Positions 37,701-49,999 of a stretch of 64,000 nt of DNA are shown one piece after another. The notes under the pieces are model-generated. The model worked only from the letters and a program-made list of their open reading frames with translations. It did no database searches and had not been told where the DNA came from. This DNA comes from Klebsormidium nitens (lineage: Eukaryota > Plantae > Klebsormidiophyceae), in NCBI GenBank assembly GCA_000708835.1, contig DF237111.1:1-64000 (forward strand). The letters run 5' to 3'. A program made the position numbers and the translations under genes. Numbering within the stretch: position 1 is the stretch's first letter; each line of letters opens with the position of its first letter.

Positions 37701-40700
37701 ACCCCGCCTGAGAACGAGATAGTGGAAGGTGTGAGCTGGCATAATGATTAACGGCCGTCGATTAAGCCACGTGGCAGTCCGGCAGGACGGGTGAGTCCAG
37801 AAGGGACCTGATGGTCAACTAGCATGAGCTCCAAACCTGAAAGCGAACGACATGGTGAATAGGCCTGCGCAAATTAGAGATTCAAGGTTTCAGTATATAT
37901 TACCTCTAAAGGTCATCACCCCTGAACTCGGGATACTTGAAGAAAATGGAAAGGTGATGACAAAATGACGGCCGTTGATGAAGCCATGTGGCAGTCTGGA
38001 AGAAGGGCCCAGTCCAGAGTCGATGTCATAGTCACTAAGCAAGACCTCGGAAGTTGAAAGCGTACTCTGCATATGTCTAGTACAGAACTACCAAGTAGCA
38101 GCCTCCGAAGTGCCGGGTTGCTGGAGAACCACAATCTGAACCGCCTCATTCAGCACAGCAAATTGCTTTGAAGCAGTGGCAAAGACCTCTTTTTTCCCTT
38201 GAGGGGTGTCATGGCGATCGAGGCGGCACGACCCAAAAGGATTCAGAAGCACACGGGAACCTTACATTCAGGCTCGCATCCTTTTCACTCCGCACAAAGA
38301 GCGACTATCCGAAAGACTCTCCCCCACCTGCTCAAGGAAACCGATTGAAGGTTCCGCAAGCGGCACGGGAACATTCGGCAGCGCCGCGAGACGTGAAAGG
38401 TTCCAGAAGAATAAGCGAGCTCACAAAGTCAGACTCGCAGCCAAATCACTCAGCGCAGAAAGGTTTACTGTCAAACCAACGCTCGCCTGCTCCGAGGAAC
38501 CTTTTGAATCGAAGGTCTTGCCACCGGCGCGGGATGATCCGGCAGCGCCGCGAGATGCAGAACAGCAGGATCGCCATTTGGACGTATTGGGACGCGACTG
38601 TGGCGGCAGCGGCCCCGGCAATGCCCCAGCCGCAGGTGAACATGAACAGGGGCAATAGAGCAACGTTGAGGGCGTTGCCGGCGACCTGGAGAGAGAGTTC
38701 GTAGCAAGAGTTAAGGGAGGGTCTGAGCAAGTGTGAAGGGAGGGACTCGCGTCGACTGTGAACTGCACAGGATTCTAGACTCTCACCTCCCGTCCAACTA
38801 CGCTTCTGCTCCGTCGGATCGACGTGTTAAAACTTATTTCGGGATCCATCCAAACGAGCACATCTATTGACGAAACGCAGACGAGCTCTCGCACATTCCG
38901 GCCGATGCCAAACCCTAAGCGCGCTCTGGCTAGGCTTTCGCAGGATCCACGCAGAACCGGATGCTTCAACATCGCTAAACGGCACCGGCTGGTTTGTTTG
39001 TGGTTGTCTAAAAAGCGGGCCCCGACGAAAGCAGCAGGTTGCTGGCCTGTCACGGCCTTACGGAGCTCTGGCGATAGGAGCCGGAGCTCCTATCGCCTTA
39101 CAACTGGAAATCAGTCGCTTGCACACCTTTTAGCAATCTGCGCAAGCTCCAATTTCAAAAGCAGGGCCAGTTGACCCTACTACTGGCCTACCAAGCTGAG
39201 TCTCTCCCCCCCTAGCCAACCAAAGGAGGCCACGTGGCGCTCACCTGCGCGTACAGCGGCGTCTTCGTGTCGCCGAACCCGCGGAACGCCCCCGAGACGG
39301 CCAAACTCACGACAAGCGCCGGCGCCCCTACCGCCCGTAACGCCAAATACATGCTCGCCGGTCCCATCATTTCTGCGTTCGCTCCATACAAACCCAGAAT
39401 GTGAACTGCGCCTAACCCGAGAACCAGACTCTCTACGATACCGAGCGCCGCGCCCACGAGGATCGACGCCGAGACGGCAGTGTTGACGGGCTTGGCACCG
39501 TCCAAAGAAAGCTGATCACCCGCCAGCGGACGCCCGAACTCGTCCAGAAGTTCTCCGTTGCGCTGCGCAAACCCGGTTTTGCGCTCCTTTTCAGTTTTGA
39601 GCCCCGTTTCAATTCCGCCACCTATCCGGTACTCGCTATTTTCGAGAACCCCGTCCCCTTGCCAGATGTCCGCTTCGGACCACACCGCACTGCCGGCCCG
39701 ACCGCGACTGTCCGAACTTGCGCCGCTGGAAGAGGCGACCGCACCGCTTTCCCGCCGTTCGCGGAGGTCCCCTTCGGACACCGCTTCATCGCCCCAATCA
39801 TACGCACGCTTCTCTGCGTCCGAATCCTGCCCCGATTCACCAACCGTCCGAAGTCGTTTCCGGATACTGTTCTCGCTGTGCTGATTGTTGGACGAAGAAG
39901 CTTGCTGGCCAGATTGCAACTCTTCAGCCGGGAGTCCATTCTGCTGATGTGTCTGAGAAGCAACCGAAGCTTCGTCCTTGGAGCGCTCGGCTTGAGCGGT
40001 TTGCAGGGCTGTGAGGAATTGCTCCCGCTCTAGTTGCCTCTGCGTCTCAGCTTCGGCGACGAACGACGTGGTCACGTTCAGGAGGGGGAAGTTGAACAGC
40101 TTGCACAGGGTGTTGAACACGTTGATTGACACTCCGGCGGCGGCCAGCTGGGCGGGGCCTGCGAAAGAAAAAGCTGGTGTTAAAGAAACGTCAAAAGGTG
40201 CCAAGTCAAGAAGGCTCAAGCAGAAGGCAGCGCAACTGTTCGAGCTAAAGAGGGCCTGTCATATGGGCAGCAGTGAAAGGTAGTGAAGGGAAGAAAGTCA
40301 GCTCAAAGAAACCCAAGCTACCCCGTAACGAGCAACAAACGCTCGAGAACCAATCTCCTCCCGTTTGTTTCAGAGATCATGGCAAAATGTCCCCATTCAA
40401 TACTCGCGCTTATGACCTCTTTGGACTTGCTGTCGGTTTTAGCCAAGAAGATCTTTTCACAGGAAATCTTGTAAGCCTCGGGCAGAAATGCCCGCTTCAA
40501 ACACCTCTTAACAACACCAAATAAGCATAAAGTGTGGATACTCTGCACTTTGGGTTATGTCCAACATCCCAATTCACTAGCAATCGAGGAGCTTTAAAAA
40601 CATTGTCAAATGACAAGATTTCTAAAGGGTACAGCTCACCTAGATTTCCAAGGAGCGAGGTTTCGAAAAGCGATGCGACTGGGTCTGCTGCAAGAGCTAG

Positions 40701-41642
40701 CAGTGCAGGGAAGGCCACAACGAGGATCTCCCACCACAGGTCGTCAATGTTCAGACGGTCACGCCTGCAAAACAGTAGGGACTGCTCGTTAGCAATTGAG
40801 TTGCAAGAAAGTTGATAAACTTGAACGTGTATACCATTCACGGAAGTTGCATTCTGTGATGGTTTGAATCCGCAGGGATTGGCTGAAAGAAGTGAAGGCA
40901 TGCTGAATCGACCATTCAAAGGAAGCCCTCTGAATGAATTAACACACAATAGGAATGAATCTTTGCGCCTTTCTCACCCTCAAGCAGGAAGCGAGCACAT
41001 TTCTCCCCTCGAATGTTTAAGCAAACCAAGGTCCTCCAAAATTTCGCCAACCAGAGCAAATAGACATGACGTACCACTTGGAACCTTTTGTTATCAGCAG
41101 GAGTTTGTGTGCAAAGCGACGAAGACAAACAACAAGTTTGCAAACCAGAACACTGTCGTTTGAGGCACTCACAGAACTAGGCCCAGACTCGCTAAGACGG
41201 ACGACTCAGGCGAAGGCGGGGCTTGCGACTCTTCACTTCTTGCAGCGCCTGCCCCGTCCGCATCGACCTGCACCCCTCCATCTGTCGCTGGCCTGTCCTC
41301 AACAACACTGCATCTCTGACTAGTCCGTCCCGGAGGCTTTCTCTCCGGTCTTCTAAACGAACTCACACGATTTGCTGTTTTCAAAACCCCGTGTGCGTTG
41401 CGTTTTCTGGATCTTGGGATGCATGCTGAGGTACCAACTGCTCGCGCGAGTGTGCTTGTGAAAGGAGGGGGAAAGGCACAGGGAATGCTTTTATGTTGAT
41501 GGGAAGGGAGGCGACTGTAGCACGAGGAAGGGCGTGTGTCTAGAAGCAAAGCAGGGGTGCTGGTTTGACTCCGTGCTAGTCTGATGGAAGGTGGTCGAGA
41601 AGGTATCCCCGTGGAACTAGGCTTGGGCAAAAAGGTTGCCAT
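34707..41642 (-). CDS. MATE/DTX family transporter (DTX42-47/FRD3-like clade) with a predicted plastid transit peptide; terminal exon unresolved
   Basis: Motifs: EILVVAFPALLALAADPVASL, QLAAAGVSINVFNTLCKLFNFPLLNVTTSFVAE, LRAVGAPA, GAFRGFGDTKTPLY, MAAHQICIQVWLAASLLSDSVALAGQ and TQPVNALAFVWDGLHYGASDF. Exons: 41642-41173, 40764-40640, 40158-39245, 38685-38487, 37588-37476, 36626-36438, 35892-35746, 34828-34707. The N-terminus is Ser/Pro/Arg-rich. Confidence 0.93.
35520..35770. repeat. Intronic partial duplications of a MATE exon end and donor region
   Basis: taacctgggcgctgtagac occurs at ~35573 and ~35748 (the real exon end). gcgagcagcaaagggcttattca occurs at ~35529 and ~35608. Confidence 0.8.
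37119..38010. repeat. Partial duplications of the MATE exon 37588-37476 and its flanks
   Basis: A copy of the acceptor plus about 50 nt of exon sits 119 bp upstream (decoy exon start 37707). A copy of the exon 3' half (gccatgctggccgttccc) is at ~37145. ggccgt.gat.aagcca.gtggcagtc occurs at ~37753 and ~37968. Confidence 0.8.
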
Positions 41643-43451
41643 GGGTATGGAAAGGTTTGCTGGGGGGGGAAATTAGGAGTGGGAGTTGGGATCCAATTAA
41701 CCTGACCGCAGGAGTGGTTGCTGTGAGGCCCAAACTGCAGTGAAACACCTGACAGGTTAGAGCTGGCCCCAAGAAAACCGCCAGATCCATACAAACCGTG
41801 TGGCAAGTAGCACCTGAAACTGATTGTGGTGTATCGGTTACAGCATCTCATAATAGAGAGCCTCTGTACAGGTGCTGTTTTGAGAGGATCATTTTACTTC
41901 ATACCAAACAGGCTGGGCAACAAAGCCGGCTTTTTCAATGATACACGGAGCAGAAATGCTTATGTGTTTTTCATCAGGAGTGAGTCGCTGGTTGCCATGA
42001 TTAAACTCAAAAAGATCCAGTATGCCAGTGAGGCATTGGCCTCTCCAACTCATTCCTTTTAAGGACAGCCTTTGGGCAAAATCCAGTCTTTTCCCACCAG
42101 CCGCATCAAGCTTTTGCATCCTTGGTTCGATCCAGACAATGCCAACGACTGAAGAAGGATCCCAGCGCCCAGTTATACGCCTGAAATGCAAGAAAGGACT
42201 AGCTCTTCTCTAATCAACCACTTACATTTCGAAGTGTGGGTACCACCAGCTGCATCACTGAAGCGCAAGAAAGGGCCCCTCAAATATGTGCAGGCCTCCT
42301 TCCCATCTGCAGATGCTAGTTATTGCAGACGCCATTGCAATTCTACCTCCCTTTTCTCTAAATGCGCGAACTTAAAGTTAAAGCCAGCCTTAGGCTTCAG
42401 GCTTAACCACGCCCGGGCAGAGAGTACTGCTTCGGGGATATTATTGAATTCTTTTTATATTCAGCTTGAAATGACATCTGACCTAGAGTCTGTTCTCATA
42501 AGGGCTTGGTCATCTTTGGAGATCTGACAACTGATACTGCACTGGAAGTACTGGGTGCAGGTACAAGAGGGGGTGTGTTCAGGTTATCTATTGCAACAAA
42601 ACTGGCCATTTTCTTGCCAATGGGGCCTGGTTATGCATACGAGGTCGGCCTGCATACTCCGGTCATGCCCGGGAGTGATAAAGACAGCCCCGGGCCAGGC
42701 CTGCATATCGATCCAGGCCGGCTCCAATATGCAGTTAACGTACCCTTCTCGGTACGGTAATACTAATATTATGTTTAGATGTCCCGGCTTTTCAAGGGAG
42801 TGCAATTCAGCTTTCTGGACTGTATAGGGGCTAGCTAGCTATACAAGAAGCCTCAAGTTAACCGTCGGCTTGACTGGATTTGGTCAATGGATGTCAAAGG
42901 GGTGCGCTGCTCTACTTGGCTCGGCTCACGTGCCCCGGTCTAAATCGTCGATCGGAGCACGCGTACGGCTGCATGTGAGTGCTTGGCGAGAAGCGATCTC
43001 CTTGCGCGCCCTCGGGACCCCGTTCCAACCAATTCTCTGCCGACAACACCATTCCGGCCGGAACTTGGACCTCACGCCGGAGCCGGAGCCGGCGGAAGTC
43101 GACCAGGCGGAAACCGGAAGGAATGGCGGAACAAGAAAGGGATGGGCCTTGACACCATATCCAACGTCTCGCTTTGAAACAGGAGGGGGGAGCTTCACAA
43201 GTGTCAGTAAGTGTCGTAGCTGCTTCATCATCGAGAGTGACTTGCTGTGTGCAGTGTGCGCTGCCTTACGTGCGCCCGCGCCCTCTCCTCGTCTTAGCTG
43301 GATCTACGAATCAGATTCGAAGCGTGCTTGGCGTGCGTTTGGGCGGCCCCTGCAAGCAAGGAGGTATAGGAGACATACCGTCCATTATTTCTAGAGGCGG
43401 GTTCAGAGGCGCACTGATCAACCTGCGGCGTCGCGTCGGCCTGCCAAAAAC

Positions 43452-44759
43452 ATGGAAGGTCCTGAACCTTCATCATCGAGAAGTGTTGCAATGTCCCCTT
43501 TTGACAGGCTTCCAGAAGCAGTCATTCTGCAAATTTTAAGTCGCGTCCCGGGGAATAAAGATTTCCTTGATTATAGAGCAGTGTGTAGAAGTTGGCGGGC
43601 TTTGTCATACCAAGCACAGTGCTTGTACCACCCCTATGGGGGATCCGGGAGATATATTGAGGACTCAAAAGCTCTCTCAATCTGCGCATCCATTTCAAAG
43701 CTATTGCCAGCCCTCACGCAGTTGAATCTGGACGCCAGGTTGCTTGAGCCCTCTTTTGCCCAAATAGCCAAGTTTTTGCCCCACCTACGAGATCTCTCTA
43801 TTCAACATGTGACCAAGATAGAGAAGTCGGTGCTTCTTGTTGGATACTCCAAGTTCGAACTCTTGTGCAAGCTCCGCTTCGTGGAACTTGAGACAACTGA
43901 GGAGGAGTTCCATAAGCTCCTGGATCTATGCCCGAGACTGGAGGGTCTGCGGATTGGGAACTTACGGGTTGAGAAAACGGATGCCGATAGCGAGCATCAT
44001 GACCGCTCGCTCGAGGTCATCTGCCCTCGCTTGAAGGAGTTTGAGATTCTGTATTCCCGCCACATCTACGGACTGGCTCGAATCAACCTCCATACACCGC
44101 TCCTAGAAGTTCTTAGGGTGGACAGGTTGGAACCTCCATTTCAACTCCATTTAGGAGAACACCAGTTGACAAGTCTTAGGATGTCGGTAAACCCGCCGTT
44201 TGCGGGGCAAACCCTTCTCCTGCCCAAGGTTACAGAGCTCACACTCTTGACTCCGGACCCTTCTTGGTCGGGCCACTACAACATTCCTGGTGGATGGGAG
44301 AGAGTTCTTCGGATGATGGTGGATCCGTGCCTTTCACTCAAAAGCCTGGCAGTCCCGCAGAACCCTCCAACACATTCAAGGTTTGCAAGAAAGCCAGATC
44401 CTCATCCTTGTCACGGAAACCAGGAGCCAGCAATCTGCATTGCGCGCTTTTGTACACAATTTAGAATACTAGAGAACTTGGAGATTGACCGGGATCTTTT
44501 TGCAAATCTTATGGTGTCCCCCAGCGGCAAGGCATTGCAAGACCAACTCCCATGTCTGTCGAAAATAACGGTGTCTTTAGGAGCTCCCTTAACAGAAGAG
44601 AATGTAAATTGCCTCAGGTGGTTTCTAGATAACGCTACTGCTCTGCGGAACATGCACCTGCGTGTGAAGGATTTTGGCGTTTGCGAGGACTCAGATGCCT
44701 TGAACATGTTAGGAGAGATCCAAAGAGAGTATCTGGCGGTCAACTTTGCAACCTTCTAA
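43452..44759 (+). CDS. Intronless F-box/LRR (RNI-like) protein, 435 aa
   Basis: The F-box motif is FDRLPEAVILQILSRVP...RAVCRSWRAL. LxxLxL repeats follow (LTQLNL, LRDLSI, LEGLRI, LKEFEI, LEVLRV, LTSLRM). Confidence 0.88.
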   Translation: MEGPEPSSSRSVAMSPFDRLPEAVILQILSRVPGNKDFLDYRAVCRSWRALSYQAQCLYHPYGGSGRYIEDSKALSICASISKLLPALTQLNLDARLLEPSFAQIAKFLPHLRDLSIQHVTKIEKSVLLVGYSKFELLCKLRFVELETTEEEFHKLLDLCPRLEGLRIGNLRVEKTDADSEHHDRSLEVICPRLKEFEILYSRHIYGLARINLHTPLLEVLRVDRLEPPFQLHLGEHQLTSLRMSVNPPFAGQTLLLPKVTELTLLTPDPSWSGHYNIPGGWERVLRMMVDPCLSLKSLAVPQNPPTHSRFARKPDPHPCHGNQEPAICIARFCTQFRILENLEIDRDLFANLMVSPSGKALQDQLPCLSKITVSLGAPLTEENVNCLRWFLDNATALRNMHLRVKDFGVCEDSDALNMLGEIQREYLAVNFATF

Positions 44760-45098
44760 GATTGGAAGGAAGAAGGAGCCGAATTTCACGTAGTCAACAG
44801 TAGCTACTAAACTGAGTCACGGAAGACATATCATGTAGTCAGGGATAATTAAAGGAGAGGACAGACAAATACAATTGCTGATTGATTCAATAGCACCATA
44901 TAGGGTTGTAAGATGTCCGATCGTATGGTATCTTTCTAAATATCAGGTGTTGAGTTAAATCGACTCTTATGTACGTTGTAATCTTGCATCCTAATAAGTT
45001 GCTGGCCGAATCAGCACGTGCGTCAAAGTGTTGATGCAGCCCGCGATCCGCCCGACTGCTGCCTACTAACAAAAGTCGTCTTGATAATCTGGTGTGAT

Positions 45099-45170
45099 CG
45101 TGGTCAACCTATTACGTACTAGAGTATATAGTAGCTACTATATACTCTAGTACGTAATAGGTTGACCACG
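45099..45170. repeat. Perfect 72-bp palindrome with no spacer
   Basis: cgtggtcaacctattacgtactagagtatatagtag (36 nt) is followed immediately by its exact reverse complement. The centre lies between 45134 and 45135. Confidence 0.98.
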
Positions 45171-45814
45171 TGACCAAAAAGTGCACTTGTCTGTCGTCAA
45201 ACACTGCAGCTGAGATCCGGATGGTCCAACACTGACACATGCGTATAGCGGGCCTAGATCTCGCACGCATGCAGTGCCAGACGGTTCGACGGTCGAATCA
45301 TTGCATGACTCAGAAACATCATGTCTTTTATGGAGTGACGTAGACAATGTATATACGAACGGTTCAATCATAGCTACACCGTGACATGCACATGACTGGG
45401 CCAGGATCATCGATTTATCAACAGCGAAACACGCGTAAAACAACAATATACCAGCGTACATGCGTATATACTTGCTTTTGTAAAGCCTCAGTGAGCCCGC
45501 TGAGCCATCGGGCAACGCTTGTATGGATGGTACGTGTTTTACATGATCAGAAAGCACTACAGATCGAGTCGGAACACCAGCACCACGATCTGATCGTCGA
45601 AATCCAACTAGGAGCAAGTATGTTCCCACGATCGAACTGATAAGACCCGTTGACTTCCACAACTTTGCTCAATTCAGGAGGACAGCTAAAGCTCTGGAAC
45701 CCCGTCCAACCCTAATCCGAGTTCCAAGTCAAGGACAAAAAACAACTTTGACGGAACATTGAAGGTCTGTCCTCAGAGGTCATCATCTGCTCAAAGGAGC
45801 GACGAAAGCCGGCT

Positions 45815-48800
45815 TTATAGTTTTAAAAAGCCTTCCCTTTGCTTTCCATTCAAGCTCTGCATATCAATCTCCGTGGGGCTGCTGTACCCCACACTCCACG
45901 GTCCTCGTACCCGCCAGTACCATTCTAGGCCAACAAACACGATTAAGACAAGTATCCATACAAACGTGAATGCGGCGACAGCCGACGACTCTGCCTCGTA
46001 TATGTATAAGCCGACATAGATGTTGACAATTGCAAGGACGACCGCGGATCGGCCCACCCAATGATGGTACAGGTTCCATTTGGGCCGGTTCTCGGCATCC
46101 TTCTTGGGGCGGAACACGGCAGCGAGGACCTGGCACGAGGGATTTGCGAAGAAATGAGAAGACGGATGTATTTTATTTTGGTACAGAGAAGGGGACTAAT
46201 TAGATGAGGAAACGAAGCATTGAAATGTCAGCTTTCATACCTGAACCTTCTAAGCAAAGGAGAGGTTGATAATGATCTGAGGGAAATTCCGGTCAAGCTA
46301 GGAACCATTGACTTTCGGCGCTCATAGGTTGGGCTACAAGCAGATACTCTGCGAGTTCCCTTGCAGCAAAGACAGGTCTCCTTCAAATAGCTATCCCGAG
46401 CTAGCAAACATCGATGCTCATGAACTGATGGGCTGTCGTTGGTTCAAACGCATCTCCACAAGGGTCGTCAAGAGAGCCTCTGCAAACAGGCCTCCACGGA
46501 TACCTTGAACTTTAGGCAGTGTCCTTAACCAGCCCGGTTAATGTCCAATGGCAACCGCTGTGCAGGACAGGGAAGAGAGAGATGTTCCGCCAACCAACCT
46601 GCATGATGACCATAATAGGGAGCAGGAAGGCGAACGCAAGGTGCGCCAACATCCCCTGTTCCTGCTTCCCCTCCGCTTTCCAACCCAGTAACCAGGCGAT
46701 AACGAAGAAGAAAACCCCAACGCCCTGGAAGCCCCGGTGCAGGTTCCACCAGCGGGGGTCCAGGTGGCGGAAGAACCGGGCGGCGATGATCCCCGCGGGA
46801 AAGAGGACGGCCCAGACGAGAACCATGAGGAAACCGTGCGCCTGCGGAGGAGGGGCGCGTTAGTATTTGGATTTCAGGGGGGAAATGGTTCGAGACGCTT
46901 TTAAAGATCTTCTTTGGCCGGGGAGAGTGCCGAGAGTGGGAAAAATATGGCTGTCCTCAAAAGCCTTTTGACTTTGAGGACCATCGCACAGGGGCTGAAG
47001 CTGGTCGAGACGAACATAACGATGTACAGACGCGCAGAAGGGAAACGTCGCGAAGTAGAAACCGACGTGGTTAAAATAGAGGAGCGCACATTTGAAAGCC
47101 CCAAGGACATTCTGCTCTTGTGAGAAGGGGTTTTAAGGCAAGGGGCTTTTGACCGGAGCTGACCCAGTTCGAGAACGGTTCGAAGAAGACGGCGAACCAG
47201 AAGAGAACCCCGATATGCCTGGCGCTGCAATAGGCAGAGGACGCTGGTAACAAAGAGCTTTGGAAGTGGTTGCAAAGCTTGTGCCCAACTAGAACCGAAG
47301 GATCTCCAACCAGGAAGGAAGTGATTTTGGGTCCAACAGGAAAGGGGGTCAGCGTAAACGAGAAATGTGAAGGAACCAGAGGCCTGGACATACGGAGGAG
47401 AATGATGACAAAGAGTGATAGATGTTGCAGATTCACAATACAGCACCAATGCACTCAAGGTCGTCAGTCTCTCGCTCACGAGCAGGGAGGACAAGCGTAA
47501 GAACGACCATGAGGAAGACCGTGAGAAGCTAACGTTTTGAAAGAGTTATACGGGCGAGCCCTGAAAGGAACTGCGCACTTAAAACAGAAGAAAGAGCAGA
47601 AAGGCTGCGCTGAGTATGAAGAGTGGTTGCTCTTTTGAAAGCCTCGGACTTAAGCTCCCTTGAACGGAGGGAGAGGAAGAGGCCCTGCGCAAAATCGAGT
47701 AGTGGAAGTACGGACCTTCACTTGATTAGTATCTTCCTGCATGTTGCCCGATTGCTGAAGGACAACTGTCAACTTGGACGCACAATAGCACGAAAAAACG
47801 GCGTTTAGACAAGAAACCTTCAGACGCAGCGCCCCCGTACCTGTGTAAAAGTGTCATCTTCTTCCTCTGGGGGCCCTCCTTCCGCCCAGTCTATTGTGGA
47901 TTTATAGTAGTTTGAATGCTGCGGGATCCGCCCGGTGGTTTCGTCCCCGGGGGGGCCGCGTGCGAAGATGACGTCAGCTTTTGCATACTGCTCCTTCGAG
48001 AGCGTCAAGGTGAAGAGCATCGTGAGGAAGCCGTTGGAGTACTCTGCAAGGATTCCGTCCGCGCCTAGTTGCAGGGTGCCCTCACCGGGGGTCACCAAGT
48101 GCTCGTCCTTGCCCGCCAGAAAGTACTTGTTGGAGTAAATGCCCCCTGACAAAGAGGAGGAGTATAAGAGATTGAGAGATCCACAGGATGACAGGGAAAC
48201 GCTCAATATCTCTAGCAAGAGACCGAAAAGCGTCCAAACCATTCGCACCCCGAATTGATTGGAAGTATGCCACCTGAACATAGGAGACAAGCGTGCGACT
48301 AAAGAAGGAATGGAGAGTCCTTGTAAGAGGCGGGGAAAGGAAAGCTAGTCTTGTACCTCAGCAAGCTCCGATATCAACGATGACTCTCATGAGACAGGAC
48401 TCAGGGACAATTCGTGAGCCACTAGAGAGAACGCTGTTGGCAACGACTGCAAACTCGGCATGAGAGTCAATCAGGTGCTCAAGACAACATTCGAAAAGGC
48501 CTGATTGGGAAAGAAGTTAAGTTTGTGACCACCGTCAAGTCTGAACCCCCAAGAACAGTGCGCAGGACAGTATGCACAGAAAAACAAAAGGCAACGGCCC
48601 GTTTCTACTTTCCGGCGCCGGCTGCTCACCCGCGGTTGGAAACGCCGCTACCACGCTCGAACCGATCATCTGCTTCCCCAGCCCGAAACCTGCCCACCCC
48701 CCCAACTCGTCACGGCGAGTTGCACGACTCGATCCCCGAGGTTGTTCCAATGGAAAATAAACCCGCTCGGGTCTTCTTGACAGGTTTGGAAGGAGACATT

Positions 48801-49999
48801 ACCCCCCTGAAACATGATGGTGCAGCCGGAAGCAGCGGAATGGTGGTGGCCGGCATGCAGGCGGCGGGGCTCGGCGCGCCTGGAAATCGATTGAGGGGGT
48901 TCGGTTTAAAAGTCCTGGTTACCAGTAACCCAACTGGGTTAGAAGATGAGCTGGTTGAGCAGACAAAACAGAACCTTGTTTGAGGGGCAACTGAAGACAA
49001 AGTTCCATCGGGTGCATATGAAAGTTAGTCTTCTTGATCGTTGGGTCAGGGTGCAAGTTGTTCATCTGTTGTGATGTGGGTTCTCGTGCAAGACATGGGG
49101 CAAAAAGAGACGGTTTAGTATCCGGGGGGCCGTTTGTTAGTGGCGTTCTCTTGCACAGTTGGTCATGATTTCTGAGGATAGTCTTTCCACTGAGTGGTCA
49201 AATAGAAGGGCAGAACTGTATGCTGAAGGACGTTTTTCATTGGGGGCCTCTCTGGATTTGAACCGTCGAAAGCTGCATAGTAGCATATCATTCATCGCCT
49301 TTCAGCAATCTGTGAGAAAGCTTTGTATTGTAGTGAACGGCAAGATATTCATGACACGTGTAGATAGATCGATGAGAATGTCTGTTTAGCCACTCGAGTA
49401 AGAATTTTGTAATCACCAAGGTCGCAAGCCCATTGAGCGCCATATACTACTGCAATATTCCACTCTTCACACAGTCTCAAAATTCTGTGTAGTAGACAAT
49501 ACTATAATGGCCAGATTCTTTTTAGGGGGATTGCTATTACAGAAATAACCAGTTCTGTTATACTCAACCGTTTGCTGAAGTGTTTCCAAGTTGCTTCAAA
49601 TCCCAAGGTACAATTGCAACCTGTCAATGGAGCATATCTCTGCCAGATGATGTGAACATTTCCCTGGCACCAGCATTTGGTGTTTCCCACTTTAGCATAT
49701 TGTGATATCCAAACAAACAGCAGATGCAAACTGCCCGCACGTCTTCAAAGCAGAAAAGAAAAGTGGTGCCAACTCACTTTTTCAGTGTCTGCACTTTACT
49801 AAAAGTAAACCATAACAACCGCACTTCTTTTGGATACTGTTTCTCATCAATCAACTCACCCTTTGACCGCATTGTCAGTGCTGGAAAGAGTCCAAGCTCG
49901 GCTCATAGCTTGCTGAGCCTCCGCAGAGGGCACATTTGCTATCATCATCAACAATACTACAGCTGCAAGAGAAAGCCTATGACCAGGGCGTACCGCCAT
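45815..49999 (-). CDS. DOMON + cytochrome b561 protein (CYBDOM / ferric-chelate-reductase-like), with an apparent 1-nt frameshift in exon 2
   Basis: Signal peptide; DOMON motifs FQTC...FIFHW...LAV, WAGFGLGKQMIGSSVV and RIPQH; b561 motifs AHGFLMVLVWAVLFPAGIIAAR, WWNLHRGFQ, LAH, FRPKKDAENRPKWNLYHHWVGR. Exons: 49999-49860, 48879-48630, 48145-47841, 46841-46599, 46129-45815. Confidence 0.9.

Noticed and set aside
42120-42135. GGTTCGATCC as a tRNA B-box / T-loop
   Set aside because: No A-box, cloverleaf or acceptor stem surrounds it.
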